Assembly (NCBI RefSeq): GCF_009914755.1
Contig: NC_060928.1
Length of the DNA stretch: 64,000 nucleotides
Origin: the human T2T-CHM13v2.0 reference genome, Homo sapiens
Strand: one strand, 5' to 3'
Numbering within the stretch: the stretch's first letter is position 1; each line of letters opens with the position of its first letter. Below the pieces are notes generated by a model that was not told the DNA's origin, did not search any database, and was given only the letters and a program-made list of their open reading frames with translations. Shown piece after piece: positions 13,859 to 28,959 of the stretch. Position numbers and translations under genes: made by a program.

Positions 13859-14219
13859 TTTATTGCAAGTAATTGGCTTATATGATTATGGAGTCTGGCA
13901 AGTTCAAATCTATCCAGTGGGCTAGCAGGCTCAAAACCCAGGAAAGCCAATGGTGCAGTTACAGTCTGAAGACTGGCAAGCTGATGCTCACAAAGTGTCA
14001 ATGGTACAGATTAAATTGAAAGGCAATCTGCTGAAGAATTTCCTCTTGTTGGGAGAGGCCAGTCTTTTTTTTTTTTTTTCTATTCAAGCCTTCATCTAAT
14101 TGGATGAGGCTGAATCACATTATAGAGGTCAATCTGCTTTACCCAGAGTTCACTTATTTAAGTATTAATATCATCCCGGTACACCCTCCAAATTATTTCA
14201 CACATAAATTTAGTTATCA
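13690..14219 (-). mobile_element. MLT2 (HERV-L) LTR containing a compound (TA)/(TG)/(GA) microsatellite
   Basis: GAGATTTATTGCAAGTAATTGGCTTATATGATTATGGAG...GGATGAGGC...CACATAAATTTAGTTATCA, typical MLT2B antisense. Confidence 0.8.
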
Positions 14220-14519
14220 GAGAGTGGAAATATAATTGGCATTGTTTGTAGTGCATACATAACTTATAATTGTTCTCCCCAAAGCCTGTGTTATGCTACT
14301 AATTGGCATATATATAAATTTTGTAAACATATCTAAATATGTTTGTATGTGTGTACATATTATAATTATAGTAATGGAATGATAAAACTTGTGAAACAGT
14401 TAAAAAAAAACCTCATTCTTCACTATGGAGTACAAGGTTTTTCTCTTTGCTTATGATTATAAATATTATTTTTTTAAGTTTTTAAAATTATTTATTTGAA
14501 AATGTTGATTGCATAATTT

Positions 14520-16275
14520 CCACTTTTCTTTAAAAAAATTATTTCCATAGGTTTTTGTGGAACAAATAGTGTTTGGTAACATGAGTAAGTTTTTTAGTGG
14601 TGATATGTGAGATTTTGGTGCACCCATCACCCAAGCTCCCAAACCCAATTTGTAGTTTTTTATTCCTCACCCCCTCCCACTCTTTTTCCTGAGTCCCCAA
14701 AGTCTGTTCTACATTCTTATGCCTTTGTATCCTCATAGTTTACCTCCCCCTTATAAGTAATAACATATGATGTTTGGTTTTCCATTCCTGAGTGACTTCA
14801 CTTAGAATAATAATCTCCAGTTCCATCCAGGTTGCTGTGAATGCCATTAATTTGTTCCTTTTTAGTGCTGAGTAGTGTTCCATTGTGTATATGTGTGTAT
14901 ATATACACACACACACACACACACACATATATACATATACATATATATACATATACATATATATATACACACATATATATATCTCACAAATGCTTTATCC
15001 ACTCACTGATTGATGGCCATTAGTGTTGGTTCCATATTTTGCAATTGCAAATTGTGCTGCTATTAACGTGTGTATGCAAGTATCTTTTTTTGTTTAATGA
15101 CTTCTTTTCCTCCGGGTAGATACCTAGTAGTGAGATTGCTGGATCAAATGGTAGTTCTACTTTTAGTTCTTTAAGGAATCTCCACACTGTTTTCCATAGT
15201 GGTTGTACTAGTTTACATTACCATCAGTAGTGTAGAAGTGTTCCCTTTTTACCACATCCATGCCAACATCCGTTATTTGGATTTTTTGATTATGGCCATT
15301 GTTGCAGGAGTAGTTTGGTATCGCATTGTGGTTTTGATTTTCATTTCCCTGATGATTAGTGATGCTGAGCCTTTTTAAATATGTTTGTTGGCCATTTATA
15401 TATCTGCTTTTCATAATTGTCTATTCATGTCATTAGCCCACTTTTTGATGGGGATATTTGTTTTTTTCTTCTTAATTTGTTTGAGTTGTTTGTAGATTCT
15501 GGATATTAGTCTTTTATTGGATGTATAGATTGCAAAGATTTTCTCTCACTCTGTTGGTTGTCTGTTTATTGTGCTGACTGTTCCTCTTGCTGGGCAGAAG
15601 CTCTTTAGTTTAAGTCCCGCCCATTTATCTTTGTTATTGTTGCATTTGCTTTTGAGTTCTTGGTCATGATGTCTTTGCCTATGCCAATGTCTAGAAAGGT
15701 TTTTCTGATGTTATCTTCTGGAATTTTTATAGTTTCAGGTCTTAGATTTAAGCCCTTGATTCATCTTCAATTGATTTTTGTATAAGGTGAGAGGTGAGGA
15801 TACAGTTTCATTCTTCTACATGTGGCTTTCCAATTATCCCAGCACCATTTGTTGAATAGGATGTCCTTTCGCCACTTTATGTTTTTGTTTGCTTTGTTGA
15901 ACATCAGTTGGCTGTAAGTTTTTGTTTGCTTTGTTGAACAACAGTTGGCTGTAAGTATTGGGTTTATTTCTGGGTTCTCTATTCTGTTTCATTCATCTGT
16001 GTGCCTGTTTTTATACCAGTACCATGCTGTTTCGGTGACTATTTCCTTATAGCATAGTTTGAAGTCAGGTAATGTGACACATTCAGATTTGTTCTTTTTT
16101 GATTGGACTTGCTTTAGCTATGTGGACTCTTTTTTTGGTTCCATATGAATTTTAGGATTGCTTTTTCTAGTTCTGTGAAAAATGATGGTGGTATTTTAAT
16201 GGGAATTGCATTGAATTTGGCATTTTTGCAATATTGATTCTACCCATCCATGAACATGACATGTGTTTCCATTTG
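14520..16275 (-). mobile_element. L1PB-type 3' fragment (3'UTR plus ORF2 end)
   Basis: TTATTTCCATAGGTTTTTGTGGAACA...GATTTTGGTGCACCCATCACCC 3'UTR; minus ORF 14740-14970 contains the ORF2 C-terminal motif (TMEHYSALKRNK...WMELE.IILSE); internal (TA)(CA) tract. Confidence 0.88.
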
Positions 16276-17108
16276 AGTCTTTGAAAAACTTATTAAATCA
16301 CTCGGTGTGTCCCATCATATTTTAAATAAAGAATGTATTAAATTGTATTTGCATTTGTTCAGAAAATAATGGAAATCTTTCATTAAATTATTTTATAAAT
16401 AGAATGGCCAAGTTTTTAAAAACTTAGCCTTTTGAAGACTTCAGTTAATTTCAAGTTTTTAACATAAAATTTTCCAAAGAAAGACCTCTTCCATGTTTCC
16501 CACAACCTAAACTCAGCAATCATCATTTTGATCCATGACATCCTCCATGCTTGGTTTATATACCACATGACAGGCACTGAAAAATTAGATGATGACTACT
16601 GAAATATGGTTAGAAGTTTTAATTTTAAATCATGTAATTATAATTTGAAATGTCAAATGATGGGATGAATCCTCAAATGGAATTTCTATTTTAACTGCAT
16701 AAATACATATATTCTATATTGAAGTGGAACACGAAATTGCAAAGGAAAAAATTAAGCACAATGAAAACTTGGCCAAATATTTACACATTTTGTCTTGCAA
16801 AAGATTTCTAGAGATTCATTATTCTCAATGACAACATTAAACCAGTATATGTGAAAATATTTTACAGATAAGTAATTTAAGTATATCAATAATCTAATTA
16901 ACTATAAAAAGCAACATTGATGAAGATTAAAAATTAGGAATAAGACAGTATCAAATATGTTTCTTTTCTGAGAAATACCAACCCATGAATATTAGCTAAA
17001 AATCTGATTAAAATATATAAGTATGCAGCAAATAATACTTATCTGGCTCTTTAATTTCTAAATACTAGATAATTTAGTTATATATTTTAAAGTTACGTAA
17101 TTTTGAAA

Positions 17109-18183
17109 TATATGTATATATACACATATACACATATATACATATACGTATATATACACATACACACATATATACACGTACGTCTATACACATATACACA
17201 TATATACACATACATCTATACACATATACATATATACATATACGTCTATACACATATACACATATATACACGTACGTCTATACACATATACACATATATA
17301 CACATACATCTATACACATATACATATATACATATACATCTATACACATATACACATATATACATGTACGTCTATACACATATACACATATATACATATA
17401 CGTCTATACACATATACATATACGTCTATACACATATATATACATATACGTCTATACACATATACACATATATACATATACGTCTATACACATATACACA
17501 TATATACATATACGTCTATACACATATACACATATATACATATACGTCTATACACATATACACATATATACATATACATCTATACATGTATGTATATACA
17601 CACATATACATGTATGTATATACACACATATACATGTATGTATATACACACATATACATGTATGTATATACACACATATACATGTATGTATATACACACA
17701 TATACATGTATGTATATACACACATATACATGTATGTATATACACACATATACATGTATGTATATACACACATGTACATGTATGTATATACACACATGTA
17801 CATGTATGTATATACACACACGTACATGTATGTATATACACACACATACATGTATGTATATACACACATGTACATGTATGTATATACACACATACATGTA
17901 TGTATATACACACATACATGTATATACACACACATATGTATATACACACATATACATATATGTATATACACACATATACATATATGTATATACACACATA
18001 TGTATATACACATATATACATATATGTATATACACACATATGTATATACACATATATGTATATACACATACATATATGTATATACACACTATAAATATAA
18101 ATATGCACATATACACGTATTTATATGTGTGTATATATACATAAATGTGTATATATATGTATATATACATATATAAATATATA
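17109..18183. repeat. ~1.07-kb complex VNTR of alternating purine/pyrimidine (TA/CA/TG)
   Basis: Left domain of ~16/32-bp CATATACGTCTATACA-type units, central ~13 copies of 24-bp CATGTATGTATATACACACATATA, degenerate right domain. Confidence 0.97.
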
Positions 18184-18454
18184 GATGATGAACACAATAG
18201 ATTTTGCTTGGTAGATGGACTTATAAGAATAGTTCTAATCAAATTCATATCAAACATAAAATTTGTACTAAAACAAATCAGAAACCCCACATATTCCCAT
18301 CTTTGCCTTATTAACTCTCACGCATCATTCAAGCCTCACTTCAAAGAGCTCTCGGATCCCCTTTGGGATCTCTTCCATGATTCTGTAAGCTGATCTAAGC
18401 ACTCTCCAGGCCTGTTCTCCTGCTCTTACAACAATACAGTAAAATGATCACTGT

Positions 18455-18821
18455 ACTGTTTCTCTCTTCAATAGATTAGGAAGCATTCAAAGTCAAAGAC
18501 CTAAATTTATAACACTTTAAGTCATGTTTTAGGCATCAAATAGGTGCTTTTTAATTGAACTAAGCACATTTTTCTGGATGTAATTTTGTTTTCTTGGAAA
18601 ATGATAGATAAATGTAGATATGGAAAGATGAAAAGGTGAAAATCCTTTTGCATTCAAGCTATGCTCCTGAGGAAAGTTATCGGATTCTGGCGTATGTCAC
18701 TGATGAATAATGGACAATTTCATTGGCATGAAATTTTCTAAAGATAGTCCATGATCTTTGCACTGTTTCTCTCTCCAATAGATTAGGAAGCATTCAAAGT
18801 CAAAGACCTAAATTTATAACA
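18455..18821 (+). repeat. Dispersed 60-bp direct repeat (copies 18455-18514 and 18762-18821)
   Basis: ACTGTTTCTCTCT(T/C)CAATAGATTAGGAAGCATTCAAAGTCAAAGACCTAAATTTATAACA, 59/60 identical. Confidence 0.93.
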
Positions 18822-20797
18822 TTTTACTGCTATTGATATCAAAGTGCCATCTTTTGTCCTGTATAGAGACCATTGAATATTTGTAGGATATGTATAATGG
18901 TTTCTTATGACCATTGACAGTATCTGTCCCTATCCTCTGAAGGGCCCACAATTAGTGCCTTACTCTAGTGCTTATTCTGTTCAAGCTACTGGTGTACTTC
19001 CTGCTATTGATGACACCAGCTAGTCATGATGAGTAGGAGCAATGGACATGCAACTACAACTGCAGCATCTTCATTACAAGCTGTAGCTGAATCTTAAAAA
19101 CCTAAGTGCTTTTCTTTCACAAAATGTGAATGTTTCTACAATACTCTATTATTATATGATCCCAACTGTCATTTCAACAAGACTAACCTTTTTTTTTCCA
19201 GGAATATTCAATGAAAGAGACCCTACAGTATATCAATGATACAACCATGGGAAAAATGAGCCTGCTATAATGAAATATTTCAACTAATTGAAATGACAAT
19301 TTAAGTTTATTAGAACATAGCCTGTAGGAATCCTCATTTAAACATGTAATATCCTTATATGTCAAAATAATTTGCAAATGAAAAGGGCTTATGATGAACT
19401 CCTAAGCATATGGCTTATCTGAAGTAATATTTCAGATATGTGCTATTGGATATAGTTTTGGGGAAAATGTATGACAGCCTTGTTCCTAGTGGAAAATAAA
19501 GTGGATGTTCTAAGAAAAGTGAACCAATAATATATTTATGAATGAATAATAGCATATTATGTGTGCACATATTAATAAGTTACACATTGGAGTGTATACA
19601 ACTGAAGTTTTGTGACTTGAAGAATCAAACATCCTAAACCAACACTGTACCAAGGATTACAATTTATGCCTAACAGTGAGCTTTGACTGTAGACCATTTT
19701 TTTTTAGTTTACAGAATTAAAACATAATACAAGATTGTTACAAAGAATGTAGGATTTCTTCTAAAACACAGCATGTCCTCCTGCATCTGTGAAAAGTTTG
19801 GACTCATCATCCTGCTAGGTGTAATGAGACACTGAGTCATGCACAGGCGGAAATTTGTTTTTCCAAAAAAAAAAAAAAGATAAAATTTACGGAAAGACAT
19901 TTTGGTTTTGGAGGACCAGTTGAATTGATTGGTAACCTTCTATGGCCTAAATAATAATCTGATGGTAGCCTGCCAAGGAGTATACTATGATATATAATTG
20001 ATTCTCAAATAATAGATGTTATTTCATTTGTAATGCATTAAAATAAATAAAAAACTGTAATGTTCTAGAGGTATTTTCTCTGAATAGCAAATCATTAATT
20101 TACACATCTGTACATGTATTCTGAATATTAAGCCCTTTAACACCTGTATAGAACAAGGCAAGAATACAAATGGGATAGAATTAAATATTTGTATTGGCAA
20201 ATATTTACATGATTATACAATATGACAAAGTTTTTAATAAATCTATAGATAAACCTGAGCCATTTAAAAATATTTGTCATGGATTGAGTGCTTTCTTTTA
20301 TATAATATATTATCTCTTTTAATCTTAGCGGCCATAATAAGTTGAAATTATTGTATTATTTATAGATGCAAACACTTAAGTATTGAATTGGCAATTTAAA
20401 CATAAATTTGTGTGATATGAAATTCATATTGGTAACCACTGTATCATACCATCCTATAGGAGGTTTCCTTCCTTTATGGAAAATGTAACTAGAACATGAA
20501 GCTAAATAATAATGAAGTCTGGTATGGTATATTTTATATATATTCTATATTGGTACTAATACTTAAACATTAGTATTTATGTTTAAGAATGGAATTTGAA
20601 GTAGTTATAAATTTATTTCTTCATTCTTAGATCAAATTAAGTCAAAATTTGTGACTTTGAGAAATTGAATCTCATATCACTGCATGTTTTATGTGGGATA
20701 AATATTCAAAAAGGTAATGAAACTTTTAATTTTCAATTAATGTTCATGTGTGTAAGTGCGACCTGAAAATTCTTGGACACATTTTGATTATGGGGAT

Positions 20798-21163
20798 TGT
20801 ATTAGTTCATTTCACACTGCTATAAATAACTATCTGAGACTGGATAATTTATAAACAAAAGAGGTTTCATTGACTTACAGTTCTGTATGGCTGGGGAGGC
20901 CTCAGGAAACTTACAATTATGGCACAAAGTGATGGAGAAGCAAGCAACTTCTTACATGGAGATGAGAGAGAGAGAATGAGGGGGAAACTGCCACAGACTT
21001 TTAATCCATCAGATCTCTTGAGAATAAACTCACAATCATGAGAACAGTATGGAGAAAACTGCCATCATTATCCAATCACCTCCCACCAAGTCTCTCCCTC
21101 AACACATGGGGATTACAATTTGAGATGAGATTTGGCTGGGGGTCACACAGCAACACCACATCA
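20798..21163 (-). mobile_element. THE1/MST MaLR solo LTR (THE1C/D-like)
   Basis: TGTATTAGTTCATTTCACACTGCTATAAA...GGGGAGGCCTCAGGAAACTTACAAT...GATGAGATTTGG...CCACATCA. Confidence 0.9.
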
Positions 21164-21538
21164 AGGGTATCAATATTTTATACCATGTAAAATAACTTTT
21201 TATATTGACTTTTCTGAACTGGTGAATTATTTCCTTTAAATAGTACAACATAAATTGCCAATTTACTAGTTTTGTGAGAGACTCTAGCTTCCAATGTCAA
21301 AATATAAGGGATCTAAAGAGGTGCCTCAATTAAAAAGGTCATTTATAAATTAAAGAAAATCTATAAATAAAGAAATGCTATTGTGTTTTTCTATGAAGAC
21401 TACTAGATTACTGGACTGGGGAAATTTTATGGCAGAAAGTGAAGGAAAACTAAAAAGCAGAGAGCAAATGTGCTTTCAGATATTATACTCAAATATGGGA
21501 AATAGCAATCAGCAAAGTAAATTCTTATTTATGAATGA

Positions 21539-21982
<444 letters not shown>

Positions 21983-23739
21983 AGGATACATGTTCTTATA
22001 AAAATCACCAAAATTACTGAGATAAAAATATCTCTAATATAAGTGAAACAAATCAAAGTGTCAAAAAGTTTACATAGTTTCATTTATTTTAAATTTCAAA
22101 GTGTGAGAAATACAACTAGCAGAATAAACAGGACACAAATAACAATATTTACTTCTAGGTAGTTAAAATGGTCATGACAAGGGTATTTTTTATTTTATAG
22201 TTTATTGCATTTGTGAACTATTGAAATAGTTTTGATATATTTGTAGTATAATCAATTTAGGGAAAACTGTTGATACTTAAATTTTAAAATAATATGGTAA
22301 AGATCATTGGAAATTATTAGAAGTTAACATATCAAAAAAAAAATTTGGAAGAGTCTTGCATCTGGCAAGGATATCATTATCCTGAACTTGAGGTAATTGC
22401 AGGATAAATTTCTGAGTAATCCATTACCTCCAGCCATGCTGAGAATTGAAATTTTAATAAAATCAATTTGATGACTCTTAAAAATGATCTTAAATCTACA
22501 AAATCCATCAAATATATTCACTTATTCAAAAATATATTAGGATTTTTAACACTACCTACTGGTAGGGTAAAATTTCTAGGCATTGTAATTGCCATTATTA
22601 CCTGGCAGTATTCTTGGTATGTTTAGAATGTGACCTAAAAGATTACATCAACAAAACCAAAATGGCAGAAAAGAAACTGCTGTCTAAAATAAGGATACTT
22701 AGTACAAAGGAAAGATTCTAAAACATTATGACTGTAATTTACTTATTCCCTATTTGTATTGCTACCAATATGGCTGTATGTAGTTTGGATCTATCATAAT
22801 TCCTGTATCTTTACATTTATTGATATTGATAATGCATTAATCTTTATATAAGCTTGTATATGTATGAGAAATAATTGAAAAGATACCCAAATTTGAAAGC
22901 AACTCTTTTTGTTTATTTGATAGCTTATTATAGAAATTATCATGTACTGAACTTATTTTCAAATCAAAACTTTTCAAAACAAAAATTTAAGGTTATAACA
23001 AATAGTAAAGCATATAGAGGTACACGGAGAGATATATGGAGAATTATTTGTCAACCAAGGCAATCCCAGATTTTCCAGGATAGTTGTTTTCTGTAACTAT
23101 CATTCAGTTTATAGGACAGCCTGTGTTTAGGAATTTTTCCAAAATGTTCTAATCAATATAGCTACAGTAATAAGCTAGATTACTTTGAAGCTAACAAAAA
23201 TTAAGGTTCAATGTTCTTTCCTTGCAATATGCTTATATGGCTACCTTTTTTTTTATCAGTAAGAGTTACAAAAGTAAGATGATTTTAATACCAAATGCAT
23301 AAGATTTTCATCTATTTCCACTGTAACTTTCCATCCCAACAGCACTCCCTAGTGTTTATGGCCTTGTATTGATTACCAATATTTTCAGCTATAAATTAAG
23401 GAAAGTTTGATAAATTTCTGGTACGGAGAACTTGGGAGATATTTACATGGTTCACATGGTCACTTACGGTATCATTCCATTGCCCACACACTTTGGCTCT
23501 AGTATTGGCTTTTGCACAATGGAATCATAGAATGCCTTTGCAAATTTTGGCTATCCCAGCCATGATAGAACTGTCCTCTTACCCTCCTGGAAAAAAAAAA
23601 AAAAACAAGCTGGAGGAAAGTCTGATTCATTTTTCTATTTTCTTGTCAAATTAAGAGAAAATCAAGGTTATACAAATAAGTATTATGTGATTTCTGGATG
23701 CTTTTGAAGTACCCATTAGTCTTTTGATTTTAAAAATTT

Positions 23740-24039
<300 letters not shown>

Positions 24040-25478
24040 TGATTTTTAGAATTTAAAAATTATTGTAATTTATTTTCTCATTCCAATTAAAAAGGGCATA
24101 GGGTCAGTCAAGTCTACCTGGAGGCTAATATACCCACAGGAATTTATGTAACCCACCAGGAATATATTCTAATGTAAAATGTCTAAACCACTTTAGGCAT
24201 GGAGTAGAGAAATGATTTACACATACTTCCCTGGGGTTTACTTCTTTATAAATGATTCATTATCCAGATCAAGGCACTAGACCCTAAGAGTAACAAAATT
24301 ATTAATTATGTTCATGGATTATAGCAGTAAATATTAAAATAAAAGTGAATATTCTGTTTAAAATATATATTCCATAATGTTTTCATTTAACAAAACTGAA
24401 TTCCCTGATTTTATTATATAATTTGATTGTTTTTCAATTCAATTATTTAAAATGAAAGAATAAACTCATAATATATTTTCTTTATATCTTTAGCCACAAT
24501 CTCTTAAAACAGCAATTAAAATTTCATAATTGTTCTTTCTTCTTTTAAAAAAATGTCCTTAATAATGCTAGAAATGAACATATAAATGCAAAGTCTCTTA
24601 AGAATTAGCTTTCCCTTTTGTTATAAATTTCTGTGTCAAATAGAGTGAGCCTTTCCATTTTTTCCCCCTGAAGACTGATTTAAATTTCTAGAGAGAACGC
24701 TCTCTTCCTTGTGGCTTCTCACATTGACTTGGGACTTTTCCCCAAGGCAGGGTCTTTCTCTACAGGGAAATCTCACAGAATTTTTTCTAATCAGAAACTC
24801 TGTGAGTTGAGTTTCCTCTGTGAGAGGAAAAGTGATATGGGATACTCCAGGGAAATACTAGTTCTAAGGTTTTCTTTTCTTTCTTTTTTTTTTCTTTTAA
24901 AGAGAATCAATTCCTTCAAGGAAGTTTCAAAATGGAAGTGTTCCTATTAATAAATAAACACCACAAAATGAAAAGGAGAATTAGTGATGATTAGTGATGA
25001 TATCGGCAGTTTGGTCATCAGAGACGTGAATGAGTATTCTGACTTGTATATTATCAATTTGTTTCTATCTATAAACTAGATAGTTACATATTTTACTTGC
25101 TTTGTTCTGTATAAATTCAGCCTCCACCAATTCAAAATGGGAACTTCCCAATAAATTTGAATACCCTCATAAAGCTACAGTATCCACAAAAATATATGTA
25201 ATTCTTACCAGAAATACATGCTAAGATGTATTCTAAGTGATGACTAAATTATTTTAGCCATTAAACTTTCTGCATGCCAACGTTGCATGTAAATTTTAGC
25301 TACGCTGAGAAAACAATCTTCAAAGAAGTATTCTGAAAAAATATGTATTAGTCAATATTTGTGTCATTTAAACAGCGTTATAAATATTCCTTATTGAAGT
25401 ATTTTGTATATTTGAATATAGAATTATTTTTGGAAAATATATCAAGTTCTTACACGTGGTTTAGAAAGGATTTTAAAA

Positions 25479-25777
<299 letters not shown>

Positions 25778-28700
25778 GTGTTTCAAAACATAAAATAGAG
25801 TAAAAAATAGTTATTTGTATGCTTTCAATCACAAAAGAAAATTGATATTGGGAGTAGAAATGTCCTATCCAGTGTTACTTTAAAATAAAAGTCATAAAAC
25901 ACTATAAATTGGTAGTTGCCTATGTGTGTATTTTTAGTAATGACAAAAATCTAAAATCCTTAATATTCAATTTCTCATCATGTAATTGAATGTAATTGAA
26001 TCTGTATTTTCAGTTGGCCATACTATATGTTAATTCTTATATACGTTCATATTTAAATTTCATATATATTATGTACTTTTTGTATAGGGATTTTAGGTTC
26101 TCTTTTTTCAATTAATCAAAATAATAATTTATACCTTTTCTTCAGATTTGTTTTGTGTTAGTCAACTACCTATTTCCTCTTGCTATAATTCCCCAGTTAT
26201 ATTAATAACAGTTACTGTGTATTTCTTCACAACTTTTTCCATGTTTATGCAGTTAAACAACACATCCAATTATATAGATTTCTTTGTGCATTACCAAAAA
26301 GAAAAGAAAATATCATAATATATTTATTTAAATATATATGTATGTTCAGGATTTTGCTTCAACATCTCCAAATAACATTACATTGTGAATACCATGTTTT
26401 AGTAGATAGTAACTACAAATGTAACCCATTTTATGCAGTATTTGCACAACATTCTAAAACCTATTTAAATATTCTAGTAGTCTTAAATGTTCAAGTGGTT
26501 TCCAATATTTCCCAAATACAAAATTATGATAATAAACATAGTTTTGCATATAGCCTAGATAATAGTGCTTTGAATTTCATTGGCTTGATTCCTGAAAGAG
26601 GAAATATTCAATTCGGGAATTGTTTACGTTTATATAGGTATTAACAGATTGCATTCTCAAAAGACTGTAGGAATTCATAATTCCTACAGAAACATAGAGT
26701 GCATTCCCCCTTCATTTCTATGGGAATCCTGATGAAGTATTTTCATTCTTTTTAATTTTACTTAGTCTAATATGAAAAGAGCATATCACTTATCAATTAA
26801 TTTGCATTTTCTTTCAGTAATGATTTATTGCTTGGTTTATGTGTGTACCATTCATAAATTGGGTTCAATTTCCTACCAATCTTTAATATTTTATTGGACA
26901 CTTGTAAGAATTACTGGTATAAGACATATGACCTATTGTCTGTCATATATGCTACAAATATTTTCCCTGGTTTTTATTGTCTTAACGTTTAATTAAAAAA
27001 GAAATTAAAGCATACATTATGCAGTATATCTTTTATCCAATTAAGACATGTCATGAAATATAACTATGTTTTATTGCATAGATTCTTTGTTTCTGATTTT
27101 GCCTTGAATGTTCATCCTATATTAAAAAAACAAATTATGTTTTATAGTTTTATTGCTCTACACTTGTGATTTTTTTACCAGCTATTATTTTATCAAGAAA
27201 TTTAAATGCCATGTTTCCTTGATTAAGTTACAGTATATATTTGATATCTATGTAATTTTTCAAACTCCTTATAGACTTACATAAATGTCTGATGTCTGTA
27301 TTTATGTGTGTATGTATTTCTGTGCTAGTACTCTACAAACTACTCTATATAGGACTATTGCTAAAGTACAAGATATATGTTTTAATTTCCACTGCTATCC
27401 ATATCATTTATAATTTTGGTAGCTATAAGTTACTGATTTTGTGGACTTTTTCTTGTTTCAAGTAGTCGTACCAAATTCTATTGTATATTATAGCATTGTT
27501 TATGTAAAATATGTTACATATAAATAAATATAAACATATATTTAAAAATAAATACATAAATATTTCAAATACAAATATATATACATCTAATACCATGCCT
27601 TGTCTAGGTATTCGATCATATAGTATACAGTATGAATAAGTTTTGCTATTTTATTTCAAAGTTTATAAGAATATTCATGTCTTCTTATTAAAAAATTGAA
27701 AGATAATAGTGACAGAGGCTTTCCCTGCTTTCTTTCCTGATTTTAAAAGCATGAATTAACAGCATTACACTTTACAAAACGTAAATATAAATTAATACTG
27801 TTTTTTTTCAAAAAAAAAACAAATTGAATTTGTCACATAATCATAGCCTTTATGTCCTTCCATTTTGATGATCCACAAGTGATGCTATAGGTTGGTTAAG
27901 TCACTGTTTTAAATCTTTGGAGATTTGTGATGTTAAGTTATTTTTATATATTCATAGAAGTTTTATTGCTTTTCCCTCATTTTGCTATTTCCAGAAATCT
28001 ATGTAAAATAATACTAGAAATGTACTGTTATTTTTCCACCAAAAATGTGATGTAACATTAACAATAGAAAGCTGATTACTGCTCCCCAAACAAAAGCATT
28101 GTAACATTAAAATTTTGACTCTTCTTTTTATATTTCTAAAGTATTATAGGAATGGTGAGTATTACTTACTGAAATAGTAAAAATAAAACTGAAGCCAGTG
28201 GAACATATAAGTATATACAGTTACTGGCAAAAATATTGCTAAAGTGTTTCTCTAAAAATAGTAGATGCAAAAATTAGCCAAGGAAAGCATATATGTAATA
28301 GAATCAATTTAAAAGAATCAATAATAGCCTCAATGGCATTTTTACTTATCACTAATAATATTAGTTTTTATCACTAACAAAACTTGTATTGAGATGAATA
28401 CCGTAGTTGATACATTTATGGTGATAACAACTGATCCTCATAACAATAAGTCACAAAATTAAATAGAAAAATGTGAAAAGCAAGGACATTATCTGGGAAC
28501 TTTTACTTAGAATTAATATGTGTGTTCTTTACAGTCAATTTTTTCATTTATTAATGAAAATTGATATAATTCTAATTACGATGTTTTGCTTTTCTAGAAG
28601 TTAAGCCTTCATCAAGATGAAAATGGTGGAGATCCCTAGTTATAAACAGAATCACATTATCTTAAAACCTTCCAAGTGATAGGTCATATATTATTATGAA

Positions 28701-28959
28701 TCTCTCTCCTGTTGGGGAAAACACATTTAGAAAAGTAAGCACATTACTAGTTATGCTACATTTTGTAAGCTGCTTTTAGAAGTTGGTAGTTACTTTTCAA
28801 AAGATTTATCACTTTAACAATATAATATATATAGGTAAGTATGTATATATAATATTTATATATCTATCTAGCCATCCAACTATCACCTGTCTATCTAGAG
28901 AGAGACAGAGAATATGGTGTTAAAAGGAAAATTTACAACAAATTAAATTTAGCAGCAAG

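Noticed and set aside
15881-15954. 37-bp tandem duplication in L1PB (and a similar ~36-bp one near 29194-29262)
   Set aside because: Real, but ordinary slippage-type duplications in dead L1 sequence with no functional implication
17580-17900. Regular 24-bp repeats as a CRISPR-like array
   Set aside because: Head-to-tail units with no unique spacers, no cas genes, and a primate genome context; the same applies to the 33-bp and 25-bp tandem repeats
17103-18176. 357-aa ORF and overlapping 185-236-aa ORFs
   Set aside because: Translation of an RY-alternating VNTR that cannot contain stop codons; low-complexity Y/T/H/I/M/V repeat with no gene context
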